A stretch of 62,883 nucleotides of DNA, the filler included, from Choristocarpus tenellus KU-1152 (taxonomy: Eukaryota > Protista > Phaeophyceae): NCBI GenBank assembly GCA_964200185.2. It is 10 parts of 10 records of this genome, joined end to end, with 100 filler letters (N's around TTAATTAATTAA, not from the genome) between each part and the next. Parts side by side here need not be neighbours in the genome. Positions count along the whole stretch, not along the records: positions 1 to 12,538 come from CAXNAD020001803.1; positions 12,639 to 25,397 come from CAXNAD020001714.1; 8 more parts are not named here. One strand, 5' to 3'. Under the pieces are notes generated by a model, which did not search any database, was not told where the DNA came from, and worked only from the letters and a program-made list of their open reading frames with translations. Position 1 is the first letter of the stretch; every line of letters begins with the position of its first letter. Position numbers and translations under genes: made by a program. This document shows, piece after piece, positions 1 through 13,410 of this stretch.

Positions 1-277
1 TCCAGGGGACTAAACAAGAAGGGAGCAATCGGGGGAGGGGGGGGGGGGGGGGGGGGGGCCGGGGGGGGGGAAGGTTTACTCAATGCTCGAGTAAAAGGGG
101 AAGAGGGAATCACAAAGGGTAGACAACATTCAGTCCAAGGTTTGGATGGCATGACATGCTTGCATCAATATGGAACAAGAGGAACATATGTTAGATTATG
201 TGCTTTGTTAATCACTATCTTGTCCTCGAAACCAAAAAATACCATGTGACAGCTGGCTGTTAGGCTAAGCCAGCAAG

Positions 278-317
<40 letters not shown>

Positions 318-318
318 C
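278..318. repeat. (GCAG)n microsatellite
   Basis: About 10 tandem GCAG units read directly from the sequence. Confidence 0.95.
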
Positions 319-1920
319 CTTGCTCTCTAGTAACACCGTCACATACGTATGTGTGTGTGTGTGAAAACCATGGATGTCACACGCCGGTAAATGCACACCA
401 CATACAAACACCAAAGACACAAATTGCAAGGCAACATTGGTGTTGTGACATTCTAATAGTAGCAGTCTGATAGATGAGGGTAGGGGAGGTATGCAAGGCT
501 AAGGCTTGCAAGAGGGCTAGCAATGGTGTGTCACCATTGGCATTTTTGACACATTTGTGTAGGAGATTGACAGCAAGGACTGTGGACAGGGAAGGGTGCG
601 TTGTGAACACATCCTAACGTATGAATATGGCATATAGTCTGCTAATAAATTCATCTGTACGCCGCCTCAAGTGCAATTTGCTAGAGTACCACTTACATCA
701 ACACTTCCGTAGATATTTCTAGTATGGCAACACACAACAACAGCGGGGGGCATGAATCCGTCGGCCTCCTCATCAGACGCACTCTTAGGCGATGATAAAA
801 CTTGTGAGGGGGCCATTGAGATAATTATACCACAAGGTACGAAACCAAACAGTGGATAACTGCCACAGTGCTTTCCATAAATGGAAGTTGCACGTCTAAG
901 AGTGCCTGTCAACATTTCTGAAATTGAGAGATATCCTTGGAGTGGAAAGCACATGACAACGCCTCTTGCCAATATATTGGAAAATGTAATGTTTTTGATG
1001 CAAAGCACGGAATGCTCACACAATGGCTCACGTTCGATCAGAGTCCCAGAGGGACCGTTGGAAATTTCTCAGTAGTTGTTAATATTTGAGGGGGATCGAT
1101 TATTGGCACAGGCAGGGGCAAAGCATTGTGCAAGCTTTCCGCGGGCGTTACAGGTCACGCATTCGCAAATGCAGCATGCAAAAATATGCTTGACTTTTTT
1201 CAGGTAGAGTCTGTAAATACATACCCACTATAAAAAGTCCATATGTCCATTGTTCCCAAAATCTTCCACGCAGTCAAGGAAACCTTAACCATAGTAGTGC
1301 AGTGCTTCCTACATAATGTCATTCCTTTAACTTACATTCCACAGCACTGTCTTAACTTGCAGCAACAAAGTGTGCAGTCGCTACAGAGTGGGGTATGTCC
1401 TGGCATGCGTACTGACACCCCTCACAACGCTACTCTGAATCACAAATGTAGCAGGTACCCAGTTTCCCCACCAGTCCATTGCAGATATTGGGAAGGACCT
1501 CTAAGGATGAGCATCCCCCCAGAAGACATTCAAACACCATGTTTTATCCCTTCTTGCAGGACAAGAAATGTTGATTCCCTATGGTTGGGGTACACTCTAC
1601 CAATTCTCAGGTGGAGAAGTGAATAGTGTTCGAAAGACATGGTTGAACCTCTATGGATAGCTTTTCCATGCGCACCTTACTATTCATACTCTTGGCTGTT
1701 CTCGGAAGCAACCCAATCATTTTCAGCTCTTGCCTACTATCGAATATGATAGCGCTTCCCTCTCGAAGCACCAGGGCATGATGTGACAATCGGAACAAAC
1801 ATAGTTTACATCTAAATATCCTCAGGTATTTTCACTACACTATGGTGTTTAAACCTGAACCACAGTCGTAAATTCAATGGAAACAAAGAAAACGCGTTAT
1901 GTCTTCTATCCTGTACTTAC

Positions 1921-2318
1921 GACTTTCTGCTTCTCGCAACGTCTGCCATTAAGGTTTGATCCTTTGAAGCATCTTCCTCAAAAGAATGCGGCATCCTACC
2001 TCTGAAATTCCAACTCACGTCTTCGTGTCCTCCATGCTCCTCTCTCAAGCCAGCGGTGAATACCTCTTCTTCATCTTCTAGCTGGTGTCCATGGCCTTCT
2101 GCACTGAAACTGCCTTCATCCCCACTGTCCAAGCAAGCGAAACCGTCCCCCGAGGTCTCCCCACCGCTTCTCTCATCTCCCGATGATTCCCCATTGAAAC
2201 GGCGAAGCTGCACGTAGCCAATTCTACTTGCGTCTGGATAGGAAGGGTCCACTTCATCACCACTTTCGTTTCCATCACCCGAGTCCTCCTCAGTCAGCCT
2301 GGAGTCGTCATCCCCGTC
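1921..2318 (-). CDS. Putative internal exon encoding an acidic low-complexity segment, gene unidentified
   Basis: Open frame DGDDDSRLTEEDSGDGNESGDEVDPS...ARSRK ends at a perfect GTAAGT donor on the minus strand. No family recognised. Confidence 0.35.
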
Positions 2319-2946
2319 TTTCGATCACACGTTGGGCGCAGGGGTGTGATTTGGGGGGTTAAAAAGCAAAGAAACATCACACAAGCCTAGTCGAGGAACA
2401 ACAAAGCTCAACGCTAAGTCGGAATCAAGGAGCACGATGCAGGGATAACCTCCGTTCTGTTATCTTGAGGAATGGCAGATAGGGTTTTATGGCCATGGAC
2501 TTCCCCATCAAAAAAGAAGACATTAGCCACCATTACTTGAGGAAAATCGTGATCTGAAAACAAAAGATATCACATTCAGTGCTCAGAGGAAGAAATCCTG
2601 CTATCCAGTGGGAATTTTAATGTCCAACTACCACCTACCCCCCTGCATTTCTTTCTCCTTCCAGATCAAACGAGATAGGCTGCTAAACACCTGGGAATCC
2701 AAGGGAAGATATCGAAGGAGGGGGATTAAGGTTCGAGGTAAGTACTTGTCCCGACATCCGACTACGGAGAGACAAGATTTTCACCGATTCCAAATCAGGA
2801 GGGAGAGAGGGTGTGTTTTAAGGATTAGGAATAAACACCCCTTCCCAGGCATTAACAAACTCGGTTATTAACTTCGATCACAACCCCAGGAAAGTGAGAA
2901 GACCTCAATATCACAATCCGTGACCCGCATCTGAACGCCTTACACC

Positions 2947-3866
2947 ATGGCCCTGCCACATTTATCGCTGATAGCATGTGTGGTGCTGCTGCAGGTTTTG
3001 ATGGTATATTCGTTTGTCCCACACCACCGGTTTACGCCATCAACAATGGGCACACAAGGACAGTCCACGTGCAGGGGTATTATTAGGGAGATACATAACT
3101 GCCCTTCCCGGTTGCAGCGAACCATGAGAATGGACGCTGTTCGTGAGGTGACGGCGGAGGAGCTCGAGAAGGAGTTTGCAGAGTGGAGCACGCCTCTTAT
3201 CCTGGATGTACATGCGATCTGGTGTGGTCCATGTTTGATGCTCAAGCCCGAACTCGAAGAGGTGCGCTTCGTGTTGTAGGTTTCTGAACTCCCAGAGTGG
3301 AAACTCACTTTATGAATATCTGGTTGATTACCACCATCTATATCTCCCTCGCTCTGCTTGAGCCATACCTTTCCTTCCCCATGATCAGGCTGCCAAGAAG
3401 CTCGAGGGAAAGGTTCGCGTAGTTAAAATGGACAGCGATGAGTACCCCGACATAGCTTCGGCACTGAGGGTGAGGTAGAACCCCTCTCCTAGCAGGAGTA
3501 CATTTTGCACCTAGTTCTTGCACATCTCATGGATTATCTCATGCCTCACGAAGAGTTTCCTCTCATAGAATGACGATTGCTCTGTTGTATGAGAATCCTT
3601 GGAAGTTGAGTGAAGATTCACGACTTTTGTACAGCAGAAGAGTTGAATGACTGAAGTGGCAACACTGTTGATGGTATATCAAATCACTACACCTCATCCA
3701 GGTGTATGGGCTGCCGACCCTGATGTACATGAAGGATGGAGAAATAAAATTCAAGAGTGAGGGTGCTGTTCCAGCTGCCGATATCCTTAGAACGGCAGAG
3801 CAGTACCTCCTCGGAGGTGAACCGCCAGCTGATCCAGCTGCAGAGCTCTTCATTGAAACTGACTGA
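2947..3866 (+). CDS. Plastid-targeted thioredoxin (Trx z/CITRX-like), 3 exons: 2947-3261, 3389-3469, 3702-3866; 186 aa
   Basis: WCGPC active site in PLILDVHAIWCGPCLMLKPELE. Phase-0 GT-AG introns join to AAKKLEGKVRVVKMDSDEYPDIASALR|VYGLPTLMYMKDG...ETD*. Hydrophobic signal peptide followed by YS-FVP (ASAFAP-like) and a transit-like segment. Confidence 0.93.
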
Positions 3867-6800
3867 TTGGCCCCGTGTCCATGACAGGATGTCAAGGTCA
3901 TTTTTCTTTTTGCTCTTGTGCTGTTTCCCTCGCCTCAAGGAACAGTCCTGATTTTAAATTTTGTAGTAGTGGTTATAATGTATGGTTCCTGTTTGCTGTA
4001 CTAATATGAAAGAAGGAATAAAGGTAGCTGATTCCTTCCCACTGACTCCTGCTCTGAATGTTGGAAGAGTAGAATAATCGTGCAAGGATTTGTAAAAGAG
4101 GATGCAACAGAGGAATGCAGTATACTGTCCAGGAGTGCTGGTTTGTATGATACTCCATGTCTGAGACTTCCTGTGTTAGGTGTTATGTAAGTTGTGAGGA
4201 TATTGATTTTCTCAGTACCAGGTTGTGCACGATGCAATTTTGCTCCGCATACAGCCAGGAATATAGTGTGGCAATATCATCAGTGGTAGGGGGGGGCTTG
4301 GGGCTGGCCTGGGTTAGATTGGGTCCACTAACACATTTGCGTCTTTTAGTACAGGTTTTGTTTTTGCATTGTTGGCCAACTACTGGCAAGTGAGATCAAA
4401 GTCTGGTACGTGTTGTGGAACTTTACCGTTATGCTCAGGCAACCATTAGGAAAGTTGTACCTGTGATCAGGCAAGATCAAACTCACCTAAGAATGGAGTG
4501 ATTAAATCTATTTCACAGTCTTGATTGCAGGACTTCACCCTCTCATACAACAATTGTGTCTGCGGATTTTCTCTACATCAAATCAAAACAAACAGAACAA
4601 GAATGCCCCACAAAACATCTTGTGAAGCTCAACGTAGCATTTTAATGTGGGTAGATCACGCGTTTGCACAACCTCTATTTCACCAATTGTTCTCTTGTTT
4701 TTGGTTGCTGGATTGGTGATTTGAAGCATGAAAAGCATGGAAAACCTTCACTTTGATTATCAATGGCATTAAGAACACAACTACTCTGTATGTTACATGG
4801 TCATGCTTAGTTTGATGTAACACAGTAAGAGGGACAAGAGCAACATGCCTTGCATACAATGGCATGTAGTGATAGAGGGGATTGCCAATAAATTTAGCAA
4901 GAACAGAGAACCAAAAATTGATCCTTAGTCTCTTCTTGGCAACACTTGCCCTTGAATTGTGATCATCCTGAGGATGCTATCTCAATTGCAAAAGCATTCA
5001 TCAGTTACCATGAGTACCACACATGCACATTTTGTGGACACAGATATAGATGCACAAGCAACTGTGAAAATAGTGCACCATTGATTTGATTTGTTCATGT
5101 TACATGTTAAAAAGTTGTAGATGCACATAGTACACGGGATACACTTAGTATTTCCAAAACACACACAACAAAGGGAAAGAATGACAGTCACACAATTGTT
5201 CAGGAACTCACCACTTTCTTCTGTAGCATGGGGGATTGTACTGTGTAACAAATAAAACAACCAAGATCTGTAAACATTCCCAACGATGAATAAAGATCAT
5301 TTGAAACTGTGAGGCTATGAAATACCCCAGAAGATTTAAATCCTAGAGCTCCAATTGTACATGTAGTCACAGAGTATGTGCCACAGCAAACAAATATTTA
5401 TAATCCCCTCCCTTTCAGCAGGTAATGCTATTTGCAACTATTGTTTCAGACATTAAACATGAGGGATAAGTACTGGGTCCATCCATCATTATCTCCATCT
5501 TTCGACATGGTACAGGCTCAAGGTATAAAGAAGAATCTCAGTGTGAACGGTATATAATACACCAGAACAGAAGTCTATTGTGGCAATAGGAGAAGAAGTT
5601 AGTTGTGGAGTAATGCTGACATAGCGTATCAATTGCAACAGACAAACCTACTGGATTTCCTACTTTTTAGAGTGTCATGCTATGTACCCTTAACACACTC
5701 GTGTGATGGGTATACTTTTGAATGGGGAGGTCCTCCAAATTACAAAAAAAATAAGTGTTGGATAGATACTAGTAGTCTACTTGGATCAAGGGTCAAGCTT
5801 TGTACATACACAAAACCAGGTGGGTGCTCAAAATTTATTGTATAAGATGCACACGGCACTGTGTCAAATGCTCTTGAACTTGTTTGTTTCTGGTTCACAG
5901 GAAATTTGGTCGATGGCACCAAAAGTGGCAGATGCGATGATGGAAGGATCACACAGCGCATGCATCCCCAGTTGGGGGTATGCACAAGTAGTGTTGAAGC
6001 CCTGAAGGATGGACGAAAGTATCCTCAAACGTAATCCTCTCAGTGGCGCTCTACTCTTCTTATTCCTCATCTTTTCCCAAGCGACCAACTGCCGAAGAGT
6101 GGAGATAGAACCGAGAGGGCTACACAGAGCACATACGGAGGATCGTAGGCTACAGATACTTTCTGTAATAGTACCTAGGGTTTATGACTCAAAAGTATGC
6201 CCCAGGCATATATCCTTCAATACCTGAAGGCAGGAGATATGGGCTCATATGCGATGTGACGGCGAGGGGGGATCGACGACTAAGGTCACCCGCAGCCTGC
6301 CTTGTGATCTTAATCATTGCCCGGGAGTCTAAAGCACGCGAAGAACAATCCAATAACAACAAAAAAGCAGACAGGGGGCGTTGAGAAGGAGGACCGTTTG
6401 CGCAAGAGATCGGCGGCAGAGTCACTCAGAAAATAGTAACCTTCTTTGAGTCGTCGTCATTACCGCCACCTCAGAGTACTGAATAGGCGGTTAGAAGCGG
6501 CCTTCTGATTTTCTTCACAGTTGTCCTTCCACCGAAAGGCAATTTCGGCTCACCCTGTTCGCCACCCCCTAAAACAAGGTTTACTAAAGGCAAATCCAAT
6601 ATACACAATCCCTACACCCAGAACACAAGAACAACCCCATACCCAGAACACAAGAGATACCACCGCTCTCGGAACCTACCTGATGAACCCTGCCCACATC
6701 GCTGGGCAAGTGCACACGTAGCAACACGAACCTATACCTTGTCCCTTCCCAGCCCTGCCGTGCATTGAACCCCACTTCCACCGCCGTTTGAAGTCCTTCT

Positions 6801-7330
6801 CGCCAATGGTATCCTCATCACCACTCTTTTGAGGCTCCTCATGGGCTCCTGAAAAGGAGCTCAGATTTGGCTGTTATACGGCACAAAAGTGGGCGCCTTG
6901 GTCGACGCTGTGGGGGCAGCAATAGCAGGGCTAAAACGAGGATCAAGGTACGGGTTCGGTGCAAGGTGTGTGGATCACCATCATCGTACATCTTTGTAGA
7001 CCAACCACTCGTACATTCAATACGGACACCTTTATAAGTAACAAATTTTTGTGTTCAACAGAAATAGTAGTAAGTAAAAGTTGGAGCGATATAAACCTGA
7101 GACAAGGAGGGAGCAGAACTAGGAACGGATACACAGACGTTCAAATCGTCCAACGTAGCCTTCTCATTTCGCTTGTTGCAAGGTAGGAGAAATTGATGAA
7201 GATTATGGTTGTATATCTGTAATTGCTCCTTGCATGAACATCTTGATCAAGCATCAAAGATCTTGCATACAGGGTTGACGTCTCCAACTGTAGGATATTA
7301 TTCACTCTATCACGCTTGCCTGGGCAGACG

Positions 7331-10300
7331 ATGGAACCTGCACAGGATGAACTTTCGTTTCCAGTTTGTGCAGGTTCGACGGCTGCTGAGGATGCCCCAA
7401 AACTCTCGGTACCGACATTCGACGTTAAAGGTAAGTGCAAGTTCAACACCAACACAAGACCCGAAGGTGCAGGCACGCTCGAACCTCTCTCACAGCACGC
7501 TGTAGTGCCTGAGTCATAGCTGTATGACTATGATATGGACAAGGCATTATATGTCCCACTGAGTAGACCATTGAATGATACCTCCACGATGCTTACGACA
7601 GAGAACAAACTTGACTCTTTTCAACCTACAACTTGAATGCCCTGCACATCCTGTGTCGTGCTATCGATCACACCTGCTTTCTCTGAGACAGGAAAGTCAT
7701 TCATTGTCACGGGTGGAACTCAGGGCATGGGTCTCGTCATTGCTGCATGGTGAGTGGGTTGGTCAGGGCGTTGATGATGGTGCATACATGTGCAAGGTGT
7801 TCGAGGGGCCTGAAATTGTTGTTCTAGCCCCGAAATTTGCACTGATACTGACGTTCGAGGTTGGGCTTCTCAAGACTGAAGGTGGTGCTGGAGTAAATTG
7901 TGGAACAACCGACCTGAATATTCCACTGGCCATCCTCATCCCTTCCTTGCCAGCTCCACCTGAAACCTTACTTGCAGACTATGAAGGCGTATTGGCAGGG
8001 TAATACATCAGGATTCCCTCTCGTGCGGCAGTCTCGAGCATATCGTTTTAGTATCTGGCGAAAGATTAAATGTAATTGAGACTCATTATGAGTTATTAAT
8101 TGGAAGAAGTTACCGCAGAGGATCACCCTGTCATCTCTACGTTCTGCTTCATGTGGGCTGACTCAACTGGATTTATCAAGGCCACATAAACTAAATTCCC
8201 TACGGAGGATATCCTGTGTCTATATATCAACTAGATGGTGCTTTACTTCAAAAGTAGATTTATGTCTGTGTTTACATCTATGACCAAATAATGAATACAT
8301 ACCTCGATTGGGAAAGAACAGCTTTCACCCTGAACATGGCACATGCTGCTTTTTGTCGTACTCATACTACTTCTTCAAGAGTGAGTGCCCTTGTGAACTC
8401 TTAGGTGTGCTGGCAGACATTTAATATTATTCCCCTCCCCCTCCCCTGGTCTTTCATTCTGCCATTGGACCTGATACCATCTGGCACATACATAGCCTTG
8501 CCAGGGGAGGAGCCAGAGCGTTGACCATCGCCAGCCGCACGGAGGCACTTGGCATGAAGGCCAGGGACAGACTTACGTCAGGGTGGGCAGGGTGTGAGGC
8601 AAGAACTCCTTTTGTCAAATCAGAATATTTTCATTGCTTTCAAAATGTGTTCCGTTCTCAGGCCATGGCAGGATATATGAGTTGGAAGTTGTGATGTGGC
8701 GTTATATATGTAATCTACAATGGTTTGTTTTATGCTATGAAGGCTACAGGATTAATATGTAGGGTAAATAGATGCTCTGCTTCATGTGTTTGTGCAAGTT
8801 GGTCACCGGTATAGATGATCTTGAGGGAAATTCTGGGGCGGGGGGCAGAGAGTGTGCGACAGGCAACCGAGCACCTCATCTCATGTTGAATAGAAACATG
8901 TGATTAGGAAGTAGGGTTAGGGTTAGGATTAGGGTTTTGCTTCTGACTCCCACACGCACCGCAGAACTCATTAAGAGCTGTGCATAGTTTGTACAAGTAC
9001 AGAGATAGGTATGTCAGCCATCAAGGCAGAAGTGGCAAGGAGGGTTGCAATGCAAGACGAGGAGCTCGCCCCTATGAGAGGGGTTGGGAGTGATAGGGAA
9101 TGGCGGGATTACGGGTGGAACTGGCAGGGGTATTGACTGACTTGATGGGACATTTGGTGGAAGAGGATTTGGAAGATGGTTGATTGGAATAGAGGCAATA
9201 GACCTCGGGTGGGGGTGGTATAGGAGGAAGAATGACAAAACTCCAAGGACCATTAAGTCCCATCAAAGTCTCTGCCTTTGTAGGTGAGAAACCGGAGCTA
9301 TTCTTCCCTCGTGGAAGACAGAAATTTCTGGCATGCGTGGCTGCAGGGGAATGGAAGGCAGCCCTCGTCACAAAGAGGGCATCCTAGAGTTGGTGGTGAT
9401 GACTTCGTTGACCAAGATCATGAAAGGCGTTTGTGAAGGAGGGCATAGATGGCAAGGTTGTCACTCTAAGCTGCAACTGAAGGCCATGCAAATGAACATT
9501 AGATTCAATTACGCATTGCTTGATAAGGCAGTCACTGTCTTGAAAGAGTCGATTCGTGCCACAGGGCAGATTGGGCAACGAGTGGAGGTTAGGTTGGCCG
9601 TGAGCAAAGCTCGGGTTGGGAAAGGGTGAAAAAAAAGACCCATCTCCAATGATAGTGAGGATGGAGAGGCCGGCCACTGAGCTGCATGGGGTGGGCAGCA
9701 CCATGAATGAAGATGAGTGAAAAGCATGGTGGCTGATCGCTGTGGGAAGGGACTCCTTACTAGCCGATGTTGGTGTTGTACCCCCATTACCACCATTCCC
9801 CTTTCAGTCAGATGCCCTCCCATCTCCCCTGACACCTCCCAGCCGTTTTGATGGGGTTTCCAAGCCACAATCTGCGGCGTTGTCCAATATTTCACTGCGG
9901 CTTATCACTTCCCAATTTAGGGTATCTGTTAGCCTAGTGAGGTCCACCACACTCGCAACATGCCCCCCCCCCACCCACCCACCCCAGTTTGTCGTTTCTG
10001 GCCTCTTTCCTTTTCCACAACCAATCCTCCCGCCATTATCATTGACGCAGGGGATCATCCTTGTTGTAGGCATTCGTGATTTTAAATATCTTGCTGGAGG
10101 CAACCTCTCCAGCTCAGATGTCCGGCCAGGTCCTCTTGCTTCTAACTCCTCTGGTAGAGACGAGCGTCGGTCTAGCTCTGTAGGAGCATGGTCATTGTCT
10201 TGCATGACATATCTTCTTCTCATCTCTGCCTCAACCACTGGATGTTGGGCCATATTTTAGTCGATACGTTGGATACAGTTGTCTGTTGGAAGACAAGAGA

Positions 10301-10742
10301 GATAGAGCAACCCATGTTGTGGTGAATAGCTGACCATGTGCCAAATGTGAACACGGGAAGCTGATATAATACTACACTTTGACCACAGTCACCGTAACAC
10401 ACTAGCTAGTACTCATCAAAGTGCCGTGCCTAGTTTGTGTAGGAGTGGATTGTTCTAGAACACAGCATGTAGAACAACTATACCCGTCTGACATTACATG
10501 CCAACACTTCCACTATAGCAGAAATATTACACTGTAAGTCTCAGTACTTCTCTTTCACATGCTATGTCATGTCACAGAGGCAAAACCTACTGTATAGATC
10601 TTGACAAATGCGTGCTTGCTCTTTCAAACACTTGACTCAAAATACGAAGGTGCACTATGTGAGAGGGGATGTGTCCACTGAGGATGACTGCAAGACCATT
10701 GCCTGTGAAGGTGACCGGCTCATGGACGGAATCGATGGACTG
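7331..10742 (+). CDS. Short-chain dehydrogenase/reductase, 5' part; exons 7331-7430, 7692-7749, 8496-8598, 10650-10742; remainder not found before the contig end
   Basis: Spliced product ...FDVKGKSFIVTGGTQGMGLVIAACLARGGARALTIASR...GCEVHYVRGDVS...DGIDGL carries the SDR TGxxxGxG Rossmann motif. Intron phases are consistent; the third intron needs a GC donor. Confidence 0.85.
9230..9630 (+). mobile_element. Possible degenerate Copia-type gag remnant inside an SDR intron
   Basis: Interrupted frame PIKVSAFVGEKPELFFPRGRQKFLACVAAGEWKAAL resembles a Copia gag N-terminus (F-G...F..W...F.A). It has stops and frameshifts. Confidence 0.3.
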
Positions 10743-11290
10743 GTATGTGAAATAGGAGGGGAAAGGGGAGGAGATGCAGATCTATGTGAAAAAGTACATT
10801 TTGAAGTTTGAATAGCTGAGGATAGGTTCCGAATTTCGAAGTTGTATGTAGGGAAGGGGACAAATGGAGGACGACTCATACCTGAGCGTGCTCGCAAAGA
10901 GTTACCTCTTTTTGGTCGTGCGTTTGATAGTTATGGGCAAGAAGAGTAAATTCCTGGCATTTGTCGCTCTGGTATGGGCAAGGGGGTTTGTGAAGTAGAA
11001 CCCATTTTTCTATGCAACTTGAAGTATTCTAATATATGTATGTATGTATGTATTACATAGTTCCTTTGAAACACTTGCTAATCGGACTGCTGGGATGCAT
11101 GGTGTGCGTCTCCCTGTCATAGGCAACATAATCGATGGAGAGTGGAGTGTATGTCGGCGATGCCTCCATGTCTTGCACGTGCGTATTCTTCGACAACCCA
11201 AAATTCAGACTGAAGGAGATTTGGTGTCCTCCCCAATACCCTCTCGCCTCAGAGCACTCTCCGATTGGTCCGTGGTTTTAGTCCTTCCAT

Positions 11291-11319
11291 GAAGAAGAAG
11301 AAGAAGAAGAAGAAGAAGA
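11291..11319. repeat. (GAA)n microsatellite
   Basis: About 9 tandem GAA units. Confidence 0.95.
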
Positions 11320-12432
11320 TTCATTTTTCAGTCCCGTGTAGGCTTGAACGTTCTCATTCTTTATGTTTATTCACGCTAGAGTAGCAGTTACATTTATGTT
11401 TATTAACGTTGGGATTGATGCTCTACAGACTAAGTGTATATTCTAAGTGTATATTGTTAGTCGACCGGGCTGATCTCCTTCAGGCGGACAGTAGAAGGGA
11501 CTGACATCAGCATAGTGAAGCAAGGAGCGAGCTGAGGGTGGAAAAGCGATCCCCTCGTGATGTCCTGGAAAGCACACCAGTGTGAGCAGACATGATCTCA
11601 CTCCGATTAAGAAGACCCGAGGAAGGATGGGGAAATGCACTATTTTTGAACAAAAGGGAGCAAGCAAAAAGGGTTAAAGCGTAAGGCTCATGGAAGACTT
11701 GACGTCACATATGATGGCAAACCAGCCAGGTCTATTGTTGTGTTGGCGATCAAACCTATGCCGAAAGAGGCATCTACATCAGCTCACAGTTCATTCTTGG
11801 AAGCATGGTTGTTGTGGTGTGGTATCTGCTCTACTGGTGTTTAGGAAGTGCTACACTCTGCCGCTTACACCCTGTTTTGCTGAGGGTTCCCGTTACAGGG
11901 TCAACACTAGTTGTGTCCTTATTTTGATCTTGGTTAGGGTTAGGGTTGTGCATTATAGAATTGTACTCCTTGCCTGTAGAGGACTGTGTGTGCACTCTAG
12001 GAGGTGAACAGAGCAGTATGGCACGAGGGCATGAAGTATGCGATGTGGGGTTCTATGTGCTTTTGAATGAGAAAGTTCAATTGAAGAGAAGGAGTCTGTC
12101 TCGCTCCAGAGGAGCTTTTAAAAAGAAATATTGTATATTTATTTGCAAAAAAAAATTCTTGAAAAGAGCCTGAAGGCGTGCTGTCTTTTCTAAAACGTAT
12201 GCTTTGACTGGTTGAATACATAGACATACACTTAATCATATATATATATATATACATTTTTTTACTTGAGGCAAGTGTGAAGGGACAAGGGGCAAGGCTT
12301 TAATCTTTGTAAATAGTAGCTTGCTGTTAACAGCAGTGGTCAGATAACTAGGAACAGCATGAGTGTTTTGAGAGAGGTGAGCCTAAGATTTAGGTCCCCG
12401 TAGCGCAGGATTTAGGTCGAAAATTTCTTCTT

Positions 12433-12466
<34 letters not shown>

Positions 12467-12538
12467 CCCATCCGACAAACGAAAAAAAAAGAGAAGAGGA
12501 AGCCATATCCAGCCCACTTCCACCCAACGCGACCCAGC

Positions 12539-12638
12539 NNNNNNNNNNNNNNNNNNNNNNNNNNNNNNNNNNNNNNNNNNNNTTAATTAATTAANNNNNN
12601 NNNNNNNNNNNNNNNNNNNNNNNNNNNNNNNNNNNNNN
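12539..12638. other. Artificial contig spacer (N44-TTAATTAATTAA-N44); identical spacers at 25398-25497, 29106-29205, 32821-32920, 44881-44980, 48874-48973, 51757-51856, 56542-56641, 59940-60039
   Basis: The same 100-bp construct with a six-frame stop linker occurs nine times, and genes are truncated at these points. Confidence 0.97.
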
Positions 12639-13410
12639 CAGTCGACTGCAGAGGCAGGTACATAGCCATGGGGGACTGTGTGAAGGAGTTGTTGTTGTTG
12701 CGAGGTGTGTTGGAGTTCTTGTAACCTGATAGGACTGGGTCGTGTTATGTATTATATGAGGATAACGCAGGAGCCATCCATTTGGTAAATAACCCTTTGA
12801 GTTCTGGGAGGATTAAACACATAGATGTACGACATCATTTCCTGAGGGACTTGGTAGCCAATGGACAAATAAGTATTTTTTATGTTACTTCAGATGAGCA
12901 GCACGCAGATGTGTTGACCAAGTCTTTAGCAGAAGAATATTTTTGGAGGCATGCAGGGGCTTTGCTCAATTTAGACTATGTTTAGTGGTTTGTTGGTGAA
13001 ATTTAATTTCTTTGTCTTGTTTTGTTTTGTTTTTCAGTGAGTTCAATACCCGGTTGTTTTCTTGTCATATAGGATTAACCTGAGGAGTCTCCTAGGATCC
13101 ATAATTGTTTTCTTCTCAGTTCTCAAGAGTTGTTTGAGGTAGGGAGGGTGTTCGATTAGACTCTTCTAACTCTATCGGACAGTTATGGTAATATATATAT
13201 ACAATCATTAGTGATTGAGTTATCAGAACCTTTTACTAGTGATTAGCTGTATGAGAAAATTTCTCATATAAAAGGAAATAGTTCTGATTTTATGGGGTGC
13301 TGCTGCATGCCCCCACTTACCTTCAATTAATCACTTTACAGACATTAAGCAATCTCCGTTGGTTTATCATCTTTATTCTCTTGGATGATTTGGGCGATAC
13401 TTTAACACAA
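12639..13410 (+). mobile_element. Ty1/Copia remnant: RNase H C-terminus, polypurine tract and probable 3' LTR
   Basis: YIAMGDCVKELLLLRGVLEFL*...YEDNAGAIHLVNNPLSSGRIKHIDVRHHFLRD...QHADVLTKSL is the Copia RNase H signature, with an in-frame stop. A purine run AGGGAGGG (13141-13148) is followed by TGTT at 13149. The LTR right end is uncertain. Confidence 0.9.

Noticed and set aside
6480-6849. Two minus-strand exons (AHEEPQKSGDED... / GGEQGEPKLPF...)
   Set aside because: Splice sites are plausible, but there is no recognisable domain and no upstream exons could be linked.
9742-10260. Overlapping 149-172 aa ORFs on both strands
   Set aside because: They lie in an SDR intron, are low complexity and show no family motif.
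11337-11777. Solo LTR (TG...CA bounded, purine-rich)
   Set aside because: No matching target-site duplication and no second copy in the window.
12583-12594. Recurrent TTAATTAATTAA palindrome as a biological motif
   Set aside because: It is always centred in 88 Ns; it is a six-frame stop linker added in processing.
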